Assembly: GCA_965655095.1 (NCBI GenBank)
Contig: OZ296650.1
Location: forward strand, 134,168,001-134,232,000
From: Haplodiscus bocki
Lineage: Eukaryota
Direction: 5' to 3'
Length of the DNA: 64,000 bases
Every line of letters begins with the position of its first letter. Within the stretch, counting starts at the first letter, position 1. Shown piece by piece: positions 1-12,361 of this stretch. The translations under genes and the position numbers were made by a program. The notes under the pieces were generated by a model. That model was not told the DNA's origin and searched no databases. It was given only the letters and a program-made list of their open reading frames with translations.

Positions 1-3000
1 CCGCCGAAAACTGAAGCTCTCTCCGCAGCGACACTAGTTATGACGCATCTCAATCCCCTAGCTAAAGCCGCAATAACACAATGAATCAGCACATGGCTCT
101 TTCCTGTACCTGGTGGACCAACTATGAACTGATGTTTAATAAAGGCAGTCGTACAAGAACAATAATTGTCGTACAAAGAACAAACCTTATCCAAAATATT
201 CTGTTGATCATGCAATGATTCGTCAGTCTGGTTGCGCGCTTTATGTATCTTCTGGCTCCAAGTCAAAGGACGTGCTAAGGTGGTGTTCATCAATTCTGCA
301 TAAGTTGGTAAACCAACATAACCCCCATTGACAATTGCACACAGAAGACTCTCTTTCTGCGCATTTAATTCGTCTGAAATGTTGCTGTCACTCTGCTCCA
401 CAATACTCTATTCTAAAACGCGCGGTGTTGAGCAGGGAAAAACGACTGAATTATTTTGTGCTGCTTGCTGGATGCACAAATACGCACTTGTAACAAATCG
501 ATCCAGTAAAGTAGATGATCCTGGATAATAGCGTAATTGTTCAAGCACAAAGCGCCGAACAACATCAATAATTTCGGAATCTTCGCATCCCAAAGGAGAC
601 CTTGCTAAAGAAGCCTCGAAAAAAGCAGATTTCATATTCGATTGGGAAAAAATGTCAAGTTCGGTTACGTATTCTCCAAGAGACAACAGAATGTGGGTCA
701 AAAAATTGGTTGTGTTCCTCGGAACAACGTTCGATAAAACTACTTGAGTTTGACAAGCCTTTTTCTCATAAATGAACTTGTGACTTGAACTGCTCGTTGT
801 ACATGCAATGGCTTCACGACATTGCGTGGAGAAACGAGGGACCCCACTAGAAAAGTTGCGACAGTAGTTGAAAAAAGCTTCTTTGTACAAATAATTAAGG
901 TATATGCAATAGCCGAGGCCATCCACCCAACAAGATTTAGTTACATTTTTCTTTAGTAAACCTTCTGGTGTCACCTTTAAGGGCTTTCGGAACCGGCTGA
1001 ACCAAGTGAAATAGTTTTCCACTTTGAGCACAAAAGTTAGTTCAGGGGGTCGTACACCAAAAACTGTTATCTTGTCAGGACAAAGAGAACTTTTTTCTGC
1101 ATCAATTATCAGCAGCTTCTGATTTAACGTGAAGCAACGGTGAGGAGGAAAGCCCTTGCTATGTCTAATGGAAATCTGTCGCCCGAAAGGAGGACCTTGA
1201 TTGCTATTAGAGAGTCTGCCCTTCGGTTCAATGACTATTCCAGCCCGTTTCTCTCGCGGGGCAGTGACAACGTGAATGAATTGTATATTGGTCACCACGT
1301 AAGGAAATCGCAATGACCACCACACGGATTCCGTTAAACTCAAAATGCGAGAGTTCACACACTTTTTCTTCGGCTTTCCCTCCTTGTTCATATTGGTCAA
1401 GTATACCCCAGCAATTTTGTTGTTCACTTGTTGATCAACCTGGAAGTCATACAAATCTGTCCCACTTGACGTAGAAATAGAAACTTCGGTGCGTTCCTCC
1501 ACGCCTGCAACATATTTTGACAGATAACGGCTACTCATGTAAATGTCGCAAATTTGTAGATTGGTGCTAGATCGGACGAGGGCAAAAATTTTGGCGTTTG
1601 TTGGGGAAATGTGCGTGTTAATTTCTGTTGGATAATGATGCTTGCCACCACAAAGACGCTGATCAATGGTGACGGAACAATCAAAATCACTCGACTCAGC
1701 TAATCCGATCTTCTTCAAAACTGCTATCGTTTCCTCCGACAAATCCTTGTGAATACATTTGTAGGTAAAACTAGCACAAGGAGGGTATTTGGGCACTCGG
1801 CAGATTTTTTCTTTCAATTTGTCTGTTTTTTTCTGACAACGAAATTTAGCTTTAAAACAGCTGTGTGATTGGTAACGGTTGAACAGATCTCGTAACTCGT
1901 TCAAATCGTCCAAACTATATTTGTGCGAACCAACTTCAGTCAATAAGTTCCCCAGAAAAGTTGTTGCTGAGCAACAAACTCTAGACCTTACTGCTTCACT
2001 AAAGCGATCTTCTGCCGTCCAAATCAAAGCATGTACATGAGGGAACCCACTAGCTTCATCTTGAAACTCATATCGATATCAAATCTTAATAACCTTTCCC
2101 AGTGGCTGCTCGGGCGACGTTTCAATGTACTTCATGACAAGACGAGAAGCTCGTTCCCAGGCTCTCAACATGGTGACCATATCAGATTGAATTGCTGATT
2201 TTCGGTCCTCCTCTTTACATAAGTCTTTCGGAAACTTTGCGTCCAACGCACAAAAAATTTTCTTCAAGCCAGGATGCGTGGACTGCCCACATGTGTAAGT
2301 GAAAAAATATGTAGCTGGTCGTTCTTTCAAAGCTGCTCCCAATTCATTGACATTCTTCCGAGAATCGCATTGATCAAAGAAAATGGCTCCTTCTCGCATG
2401 GCATGTACATTTTTTCTTTGCCGTGCCGCTTCACTCCAACCTCTGTTCAAAACTATTCTCGTGTCATTGACACGCAGCTGTAGGTTAAATATTGTGTCAA
2501 ATACGTATTGGACGTAACGAGGATCTGTTGACGTCAGCAGAGATGAATCTTTCAAGCGCGTCTGTAAATGTTGTTCTAAGCTTGCGAATCCGAGCAATTC
2601 GTTTTGTTTGTGATCATTATACAAGGGAGAAGGTATTGCACCCGAATAACTGCCGTCTGTATTTTGGTGCCAGAAGATGGACGGAAACAACATGGCTTCC
2701 GGCTGAAGCAAAGGGACAGAATTAGGGGGCGACGTTGCGGTGATATTCTCCAAAAATCTTTTGTGTCTAGCTGCAACATACAACGGAGACCCTTTACTCC
2801 TTTTCAGTAAGCCGCATTGACCATTCAATAAAACATGTGGTGGGAGCTGAAAATCAGTACTGTCTATTCGGAAATCACGTTCCAAAACAACAGTTGAATC
2901 TCCAGCAGCAGTTGTAACAGGCAGCGAAACATGCGAAACCTCAGAATCTTCCTCTAAAAGCCCAGGGATGGTAACAAATTCCGAGGACGCGACCGTGTTG

Positions 3001-6000
3001 GTAGGCAATGTGGACCAATTCTGTGAATCAACAGAAACACGGCTATAGCTACAATCATCCAACTGACTTGAACCGCACGCTGAGTTTTTTGTGGACTCAA
3101 CAAAGGTCCTTTTTTTACCATCAAAAACAAACTGCCTTTCCTGACTTTCATCTTTGGAATGCATTCTGCAAACACTTGCCAAACAACCAGACACTGGACA
3201 ACGTAAAAAAGAACTTCTACCACATGAGCATTTAAAACCACTGGAAGGAAAATCACGGGTGAGTAACAGCGAATGGTTCTTACAAAAGAATTTTCCTTGA
3301 CCTGCCAGTGTTTCAAAATATTTTGACCGCAGCTCATCAATATCAGCAGACGTCTGTCGATAGTAAACACAGATATTCCAATAATCATTAATAAAATGAT
3401 CAACCGCTGTATCAGAAGGCAGCCTCACCTGTTCAGGGAAAACATTTTTGTTTTTGTACGCCCAAAAACTTTGAAAGACACCACCATGCCTCAAAAGGAT
3501 GTTATTACGAGTCGCTAAACGTTCAGTAGCAATAAACTTCAACTCGAAAACGGACTGAGCAGTTTGAAAGTTCAGAGGAGCTTTGAATTTAGAACGCAAA
3601 GTATTTACTCCCGCGTATGAAAAAAGTATGACATTTACACCATCAAATTCCCGAGTTTCCAAAAAGTGCAAAACATCTTGACGGCTTGCTACGTCTTCAT
3701 GAATGACATCTTCACAAAATTGTGAGACACCGAAACTGAGGCAACGAGATGGACTTTCCGGAAATCTTGTAAACAACTCCGACAGTTAATCACTCATAGA
3801 AGCATCGACGGTTTTCTTTTTGCAGCGACTGAACCTCGGAAAAATTACAGGGTCCAAGAAATGCAGCAAAGGAAAGATCGCATTATCAACAGCAGCTGCA
3901 TCAGATATAGATCGACACAGTTGAGGAGAGATGCAGAATAAAGTTTGCAACAACGACAAAAAGTAAGTCTTGCAGCTCAAAATTTTCGGAGGAGAGGAAC
4001 CAAACGAATTCGGAGGCTGAGCGAACGTCACAGACTTGAATTTTGCGCACAAGCGTTGTCCGTCAGTCAATCCAGGAGAAGTGAATAAACGATAAGTATC
4101 CGTTATAGACACACTTGTTGATGCAGAAATACAAGCAGCCGACTGTTCAATGTTGGGTTTACTTTGAATGCTTTGTCGGATTTCATCAGTTGTTTCGCCA
4201 GAGGACACTAAGTTATTCAAAAAATACTGAACATCGCTTCGGTAAAAACTGCATTGAGATTCCGCCTTCACTAATAAATCCGAAGTAATATCCCAACGGC
4301 GTTTAGAGCTCAAGCGAATGCTGCTAATGCCTGAATAATTACCGACAGCTTTCAACAACTGGAAAGTGTGGCTAGCGTAATTCGCTTTGGCATTCTTCAA
4401 AATACGCAAATTTGGAGCAACAAATGCTAATCTGTCGTTGGTAGGAACACTCAGACGTCCTAGAGACGGGTGTGCAGGTGAGTGAAGATACTGCAGGTGA
4501 GAACCATTGTTATGCTGCTGCACACAAGTTCCTATAACAAGGCCATATGCCTCGTTAACACTGACAAAGCCGGAAACATCAAACGCATCCAAAACTTTCA
4601 TTGGTTTCAACCAATCGTGTCTTGCACCTCGCAAATGGTTCAAGTAATCAGAGCTGAACGATGTGAATGAAGGCAAAATCCCATTTACAAGGTGGTTGAA
4701 ACCGATTTAACCTGTTTCTTCAACAAATGTGAAACAACCGAACGGACATCTACAATTTGGATAACATTCACTATCTAAGGCTTCCTCCAAATCAGTGAAA
4801 TTGCCCGAACTTACTTTGTTCAGAAAAACTTGCTTCCGTTTTGTTATATCAACTAGAACAGCTCGATCAGCCATAGAAACAGCAGGATGCAAATGTTGAC
4901 ACATAGCCCAGCTGTCGCGTATTTCGGGAGGTAAAAAAGAAACAAGTTTTTTCATAGTACAATCTCGAATGCTGAGATCTTTCAGTAACGAATGAATAAC
5001 GGAAGGCCAAGCATACCGCCAAAAATTTCCGTCGTTATTGTAATTGAAACAATTCTGGCAGACAAAACAGGTACCAGTAGGTCGCAAACCAAATCTCCTT
5101 CGTTTCATTGCTTTCTTTTCAAGAATTTGCCATTGCAAAGGATACGCAGCAGTTGAAATTCGACAACATTTACCGCACATTTCTCTACTTTGTGCTTTGT
5201 CGCTTGAAAAAGAGGACTTGAAAACACAATAGTTACTCGAGGCATCCACCTGACGACATGCCTTATCTTTCTCCACTATCATTGTGGCTGTTTCATTGTG
5301 TGCGGATTGCGTGGATTGAATCTCCTGAGGCAGGGAATTGAAGCAAACGCCTGAAATGAAAGGATCATAATTAGTACCAATTTTTTCACAATCAAATTTC
5401 GCTCCACTGAAAGAATTGTTGCTGGGCAACAAAAGGTCGTTGTGCATACCGCCCAATCCAATAGAGAATGATGTGAGGCCTTCATCGCACAAATGGGGCA
5501 AAACCTTAATATCAGAACATGCACCATATTTTGACGAACAAGTGTTCATTTGGAATGATGTGGAAATCAGAGTTCTTCGTGGTGTCGTTTCTGTGAATGA
5601 ACTCTGGAGGCAGCCATGAGGCAACAATTGCTGAGAAATTGGAATTTCTACTGCCAGCACTGCTACCGTTTCAAAATGGTTACCTGCGTGAGTATGTACC
5701 AAGAAGACAGATGGAACGTCCATTGAAGCACGATCTCCAGCATAGCTATAAACTAACCACAGCTTTGTCATGCAATGGTACACAAAAACATCAACCATCG
5801 CAATTTGGGCAAAACCATAGATCTCTACACAAGTGCCATACACACCATTTGATCGCATTCCGGAACGATTCAAATATTCGTTCACGTTTGAAGCTGTCTG
5901 TACCACATTATTTCCATCAACGGTTGTGTAAATTTCAAAAAACTGCGGACGAATATCTAGTGAAGGTAAGGCCGAACAAATACGCTGGCGTAATTTTGAA

Positions 6001-6700
6001 TGATACCAAGCTTGTGAGCCAATTGACAACGCCAACGCTGAGAACAAACAATTACCGTCACTTGGAACAGGATGAGTTTGTGATGGAACCAACTGTTCAA
6101 AGAATTGGCACCCAACAAATGTGTGTTCCTTGGTTTCCCCACAAACGGTATTCCCAACTCAATGCAAACTCTCGTCAAATTAGCGATTGTGCAAGAAAAA
6201 GCTGTTGAATTCGGCACGTTCGAGAAAAGACTCATGTTATTGAATGGCGCACACGACAGCGACCGATCAAAGTAGTCATCACCAACTGAGGCTTTTACCA
6301 TGGATGATTGGAAACAAGAGCAGTCTTTGCCGCCATAAAAACGCCCACACGTTACGCATTTCCTGGGCTCTCTGCAGAATTTCTTTTTTTTTGGCGGGCC
6401 AGGGTTGGTTTCTATACCAATTCTCAACAGAAACAAAAGCAACATTCTGCGAGTCATGGAAACCTCACCAGAAGTGCCGATCCTCAGAAACTGCAACTGA
6501 TCCTGAAGAAACACAGAAACATAAAATTCCCCAACGGTGACGTCTGAGCTGAAGACTTCTCCAACATTGTTCACATAAACAAGTCCATCTTTTTCCAAAA
6601 CTGTCGATAAAGAGGACCAAATCATCAACAAAGTTAAACAAAGTGAGTACACCATTTTCTGAAAATGAGATTCGTCAAGACTCTGCACACTCATCAACAC
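1..6700 (-). pseudogene. Disrupted OTU-Rep-helicase polyprotein of element A (runs off the window within the helicase)
   Basis: ORFs 5957-6700, 4707-6092, 3786-4676, 2079-3776 and 408-2027. The last four are in one frame, each ending at an in-frame stop (4707, 3786, 2079, 408), with frameshifts near 6090 and 320. Motifs: SDGNCLF...NHF (OTU), YFFTYTC, I*YRYEFQDEASGFPHVH and RYLSKY (Rep I-III), GPPGTGKS at 96-119 (Walker A). Confidence 0.9.
6395..6418 (-). other. 2A-like ribosome-skipping motif GIETNPG/P
   Basis: LLLFLLRIGIETNPGP matches the (D/G)(V/I)ExNPGP 2A consensus; a counterpart is at the same position in element B. Confidence 0.75.
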
Positions 6701-7684
6701 TCAGTGGCGTCGCCTACATCTATGAAACTCAGTCAAAGATGAATTTGAAAAAGCCCTTTGCGTTACACAAAAATATTCTATCGAAACGAACTTCAAATAG
6801 AGTTGGAGCATTTGAATTCAAAACATTCACTGTATTGAATTATTGAAGCTCAGCAGTTAAATTATGAGCTGTCTCTTGAGTGACTTTTCGTTTTTAAAGG
6901 CGAAGATACCACGCATGAGTGATTTGAGCAAGACTTTGAGTACTTGAAAAAATGATTAGTTAAATACGATTAAAATTCAAAACAGAATGAGGACTGTTGG
7001 TGTTGAACACCAAACAAAACAAACTGCTGAGTAAGTGTAGTCTCAATATAATCCATGTCGAATGCCAAAGTGATGCTTGTTGAACGCCAACCATAGACTG
7101 TCCAAAAAGTTGACAATTACAAAACACACTCCAACGTACAATGCACAAAAGAGGTTAAACTCTCGTAATGCAAACATGAAAAGTTCAAACACTGCTGTTT
7201 CCTACGAAGAAACTTAAAAAACTTAAAAAAGAAAACGAAAGAACCTCATTTTTGCTCAGAACAATAAAACAACAAACCAAAATTTTCTGGCAAACAATTG
7301 AAATTGAATGCAAAACTAATTGCATTTTTTGTTAATTTTCAAAATGCATGACACGTAATGGAAACATTTATTGCATTCCACAACCAAGAAACAGCCCCGA
7401 TTCATGATTTAATTTATGTATGACATTATACTTGATGAGAGGAAAGGCAACATTAAAAAATGTAACTTACATAAGTAACGCCTAACTAGTTTAAATTTGA
7501 TTTTAGCTAAAAAAAACTGTGTCAAATGAAGTAAAATACGGTAAAAGTGTCAACAACTACCTGTCTAGAAAAAGTGTAACCTTGTTAGGTGCCTTTTACG
7601 CGCAAAACGATCATTTCTAGCAATTTTAGGCGCATTTTACGCGCAAAGCGATCATTTCCAAAAAAAAAATTTTTTTTTCACAAA

Positions 7685-8288
7685 AACATCCGTCATTTCC
7701 GTCATGTTCTTCACGTCATATCCGTCATTTTTTTCGGCATTTTGACCGAAATTTTCTGACTAACCAAAACCAATTGCCCTTTCAGTTTTGGCTGCCTTTG
7801 CGAAGGCCAGCATACGAGAAATAGTTGTTTTTGGCGATCAAAAATGACGGAATGACGCTTTTTTGGCAAAATTCCGAAACTTTGTCAGCGCCTATCTCCT
7901 GAGCGAAAAGAGCTGGGCCAACAATTTTTGGCATGCAAATTGTTGAGATCATTTGTGCTTCACACACAAAATTTTGGCCAATTGTATCGGGTGGATGTGG
8001 AACTAGACCGATGAGAAATCAATTTTCAGGCAAAAAACACGATCATTGCGTCATAACTCATCACGTTGTGAATGGAAAAAGTTTTTTCCCTCCCTCCCTT
8101 TCTTACCTCGCCATTTTAGGACCGCATGCAAAATATGAATAAATTCTATCGGGTACGACCCGAGATCGGCTTCCCAGTCCTACCATGCGGTATGATGAAA
8201 TTTATCGATTAATATTTAACCTCGGCAACGGGACCCTACCCGGCCTCGGACTCTAAGAAGGTTACATCCCTGACCACCCAGCGGAGGC
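7685..8288 (+). repeat. Divergent (type 3) ~600-bp terminal module of element A
   Basis: CGTCAT cluster, TTTTGGCATGC...TGCTTCACAC, GATCATTGCGTCATAACTC, CGCATGCAAAA...GAGATCG, CGGG-ACCCTA-CCCG hairpin and core occur in the same order as in the type 1 and type 2 modules. Confidence 0.8.
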
Positions 8289-9036
8289 TAGGGTAACAAC
8301 TACCAGTGGAGGCTTTAGCGTATGTAAATTAGAAGAAAGTGTTTTAATTTCTTGAAGTCTTCACATAAGTATAATTATTATGATAGCGACAGCAAAAACC
8401 GTCTCGTTGGATTTAAATTTCCCATAGTTTGAAACATTTTTAGGAAATATATGGGAAAATCGTACAAAATGTATCGCCCATTTCGCTGTGAGTTGTTTAT
8501 GTTTTCCTTGCATGTAAAAAAAACTGTCTGAAGCTACTGCTACCAGTTTTGATTGTGCTCCAGCGATTACAATTGTATTTTTTGTTGCAGTATTTGAAAA
8601 AAACTTTGGTGAAAGAAAATAGTAAACCATATGAGAAAACTTCGTTGTCATCAGAAGCAGTTGATTGTGAGTGGTAAACTAATGTAAATTTTTACTCCAA
8701 ACTCGTAAAACTTCTAATGAAACAGAAAGTTGTTCGAAATGATAATTTTGTCAGATTGAGAAGTGAAAAACTTCAATAATATAATAATTCGAAGTACCAA
8801 TTTTGCATTACTTTATAACCGGAAGAGAATATGGTAATCAATTATTACACTAAATAACCGATTTGTATTGAGAACACAACTACGTATTCACAAAGATGCC
8901 GCTCAGTTTAAAGTAAAGAAAAATATGAGAAGAGTTCTAACAACCAACTAGTTGAAATCTCTTTTCAACCAATAATGTCCTCCAGTTACAACTACAAGAA
9001 ACTCAACAACAGGATTTTCCGAAATTTCACTGGAAA

Positions 9037-10035
9037 TTAATGTTGTACGTTCAACACATTAGGATTTGCATGCTGTAGAGGTGGTGGACCACCGCGTGGT
9101 TGTTCCGCTTCGCCAATGCCGTATTTCATGTTGTCAGGCACCTGAACTGCTGAGATCAAACAACAAACTCTGACGCGTTGAACTTCCTGTGTGATTGATT
9201 CGTCGCTCACACTACTTTTAACAAAACCAGAGACTCGCCATCCGCCGTTAGCATTGACGTGTTGAGAAACACGATCAATAGCCTCGCGCAATTCGCCTAC
9301 ATCGACAGAACTTGATGGGAGACGCAATAAATCGTTGGTACAGAAGAAGGACGCGACATGATGACTTTGAGTCATATCACCACTCAGCGGGTCATCGTCT
9401 TCATCATCAACATCTCGTGAGATTATTCGTGTCGACAGGGTCCACGACGAAACAGAACTTTTTTGAATGCAAGCACAAACGCTTTCATTCTTCGTCGATC
9501 TTCTGTCACAAAGAGTTCCCGAACAGGTTGGTGCCACCACAATTGAGTGCAAGAATGTCAGTGGCCTGTTTGTCAACGTATAATGGAACATTGCTGGAGT
9601 TGTTGGCGACGTGGAAATGGGTATGGGAGGGAAATCATTGTCATTTAAGTTATTCACAACTGTCAGTGGATGGTGAGTCTCCACGATGGGGTTATGCATG
9701 TCATTTCCCAGACAAGTGTTAGTGTACAGCGGCTCGACGACATCGACGATGGACCCCACCGTCAGATAACGATCAGAGAAAAGATTCGCTGACTTTTGAG
9801 CCGACTGTGAAATTACTACAAAACAATCCTTACAGTTCCACTGACCTATTATTGCCATTCGGTCGTAATTTCCTTCAGGGGAAGGCCTTTTAAGTTTAAG
9901 GGTTTGGGGCCGATAGAGCTGCAGTGGACGATCACTTCTTTTGAGCACAAGTACAATTCCTCGCAAGGTTGTATTCCCACTGATACGTAAAAAACCTTTC
10001 GAGGTCACCTGTGCCAGAGGCACTTGACGATTCAT
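9037..10035 (-). CDS. Conserved 332-aa accessory protein (ORF3), possible OB-fold/Zn-binding protein
   Basis: Intact ORF homologous over its length to 43388-44398 and 62641-63654 (RGIVLV..., YDR, CLGND..NPI, AMFH, PTCSG..CDRR...C.CIQKS, NGGW.V.GF). The function is inferred only. Confidence 0.85.
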   Translation of the reverse strand: MNRQVPLAQVTSKGFLRISGNTTLRGIVLVLKRSDRPLQLYRPQTLKLKRPSPEGNYDRMAIIGQWNCKDCFVVISQSAQKSANLFSDRYLTVGSIVDVVEPLYTNTCLGNDMHNPIVETHHPLTVVNNLNDNDFPPIPISTSPTTPAMFHYTLTNRPLTFLHSIVVAPTCSGTLCDRRSTKNESVCACIQKSSVSSWTLSTRIISRDVDDEDDDPLSGDMTQSHHVASFFCTNDLLRLPSSSVDVGELREAIDRVSQHVNANGGWRVSGFVKSSVSDESITQEVQRVRVCCLISAVQVPDNMKYGIGEAEQPRGGPPPLQHANPNVLNVQH

Positions 10036-11033
10036 ATCTTAAAAACGCGAAGTACTCAAATAATTATTCATAAATTAACTTGTGATGTTTAATATTTTAC
10101 TTTTCAAGTTTCAGCGACAGTCTGACCGTTAACTACTTTCAACTAGACAAAAAGTTTCGTTAACCAGACTAACTTTACAACGTAAACATACCTAAGATTG
10201 TGCTTTTTATGCATTCAATTCAAAGGCTTTTTTCAAAACACTCGAACTACCTGCGAGACAACAACGAAATCTAATGACTTCAAAGTGTTTTTCTTACTCC
10301 TGCTATCCAATTCAACAGACAACTATACGCTCAACTGCTCATCGATTATTGTCATCCAAGATTAAAAAGTGCTCGGATAATTATAATTAAATTTGATTTC
10401 CATTTTAAAAATGTAACAGTAATTAGTGGAGAAAAGTAAAAATTCCAAACGCACTCATTCATAATTTCTACAATTTCAGATGAAAACCTTCAACATTCTT
10501 AGAACAATTCAAGATATCGAAAACACAAAAGTTTGTTTCCGATAACAAAAGGTGCGGTGTTGAAACACCGACACCTCAACAACAATACATTAAGCAATAA
10601 AAAAGTCGATGAAAGTCTCCAATGAATGAAAGAAACACGTTCTTTTCAAGTAACGCAAGCGGTGAAGAACACCGACGAATCAAAGTTTCAGTTGGGAACG
10701 ACATAATTTTATGCGGTGATGGAGGTCAGCACACCACAGTAGAAATAAATTGAAATTTGAGGCTCCACAAGAGCTGTTGTTCAGTAACGGCTAATGAGAT
10801 AACCTAGCTACCTGATAAAAAAAAGAAACAAATGAATAAAATATAAAGGTAGAAAGCTTGTTTCCACGCTCCGCGCGGAAACAAGCAACCAATATCCGCA
10901 CCCAACAAAAAAAACCTATGCTTCTACAGTTAAAAGTATTTTTCTTTGATGCGGAACTGGAAACGTTTTTAACAGCTCTTAATATACGTCTTAAAGAGAC
11001 ACGTTGAAATGATTTCTCCATTCTCTTGTTAGG

Positions 11034-11678
11034 TCATTCCGAGCAATTGAATATCTTGCGACCAATGTCAAGAAAAACAATTGTTGAAGACAAAAAAAAA
11101 TGATAACTATCAAAACCACTAACCCTATTTTCCAAATTTCTTTTCCTGTTAACTGCTCGTTTTTGGGACAGAACAAAAAGACTCTCACAGAAGATTACTC
11201 GTGACACCATGTGAGCTTCTAAAATTGGATTTAAATGCAAATCATTGCCAGGTTGCAGCAGTTTCTTGTACCGTTGTGTGAGAATTGCTTTGATTTTGAT
11301 AAACGTGATACCAGCTGGGCAAAATGAAAGATCATCAGAAAGGTCGTGCGCACCACGACGAGGTAAATAGGTGAAGCCAATGACATTGTATTGAGTAAGA
11401 AGTCGTAACTTTTGAAAAAATTGATACGGGGTCAACGCTGGATTCTTCTTTGAAGAAAGACTGTTATTTACAGCATCATGCCACAAAATTATTTTGTTTG
11501 ATGTCGTTGGAATTTTATGTGTCCTCAAAAGCACTTCAATGTTTTTCTCTTCATTTGCATGATTTAAAGCCAAACCGGGAACGCTAAAAACTTTATTTTG
11601 TAAACCTTCGAACAGATGCGGTTTGTCATCCATTGCCCAGTACACAGACGAGGCTGCAACTATCAAATACTCATTCAT
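11034..11678 (-). CDS. Divergent SGNH/GDSL-fold hydrolase-like protein (214 aa, apparently intronless)
   Basis: Occupies the same slot as the SGNH genes of C and D. Block-like motifs YLIVAASS, SVPG, IILWHDAVNN and NDLHL occur in SGNH order. Confidence 0.6.
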   Translation of the reverse strand: MNEYLIVAASSVYWAMDDKPHLFEGLQNKVFSVPGLALNHANEEKNIEVLLRTHKIPTTSNKIILWHDAVNNSLSSKKNPALTPYQFFQKLRLLTQYNVIGFTYLPRRGAHDLSDDLSFCPAGITFIKIKAILTQRYKKLLQPGNDLHLNPILEAHMVSRVIFCESLFVLSQKRAVNRKRNLENRVSGFDSYHFFLSSTIVFLDIGRKIFNCSE

Positions 11679-12361
11679 TGTCCTGGAAAGCTCCTCCTTG
11701 TGTTAGTAATGAACCAAAAAAAGTTCGATTTCTAATCAAAGAAAAGAAGTTAATGAAATAGAAGATGCGTTTAGTAAACTTCAGGGCCCAGAAAACTGTG
11801 AAATGACAGAAGTTTTTATTACAAACACTTTGCAACTTTCACAACTGTTCTCCATTTAAGTATGAACAACTCAAATTTGTTGAAAAAACATTCCTTGGAA
11901 AAATAATTTTTTTATCATTTAACGTGCAACCACTAGTGCATTCAATCCCAACCAAAAACGATTGGACGCCTCTTCAATCCTCTATCGCCTTCATAAGGAA
12001 CTAGCAGTTTAAACAACATTCAATTGAAGTTTTTAATCGAGAATGATCAAAAGGCTATGGATAAAAAGTGTTTCTGATGTAATATACATACTGGCAATTC
12101 AAATAAAAAACAGTAAATGAATAATGGACAGAATGGTTTTCAAAGCTGAGAGAAGATAATAGGTTGCCGTGCAACCAAAGAAAACAATAGGTTTGCGGAA
12201 GTTTTTTGGAACTGCAAACATTTTGAAGAAATCAGCACGAAGTACACAATAAATACGAAGCGGATGGAAACTTTTCAAGAAAGGTTGCTGTGCAACCAAA
12301 AATTGACACCTATCAACAGAGTTAACATTCAGTGAAGAAGAAACGTTGACATTGATTGAGT

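Larger units (their letters stand above)
1..8288 (-). mobile_element. Helitron-like element A (cut by the window edge, pseudogenised), ending in a divergent terminal module and junction core
   Basis: Minus-strand OTU/Rep/helicase fragments homologous to the intact 32558-40615 protein. The terminal module at ~7685-8288 is homologous to those at ~21010-21618 and ~45420-46011 and ends in GACCACCCAGCGGAGGC (8272-8288). Confidence 0.85.

Noticed and set aside
5597-6208. 203-aa plus-strand ORF and other short antisense or overlapping ORFs within the polyproteins
   Set aside because: These are shadow ORFs opposite conserved coding sequence and are not conserved among the four elements.
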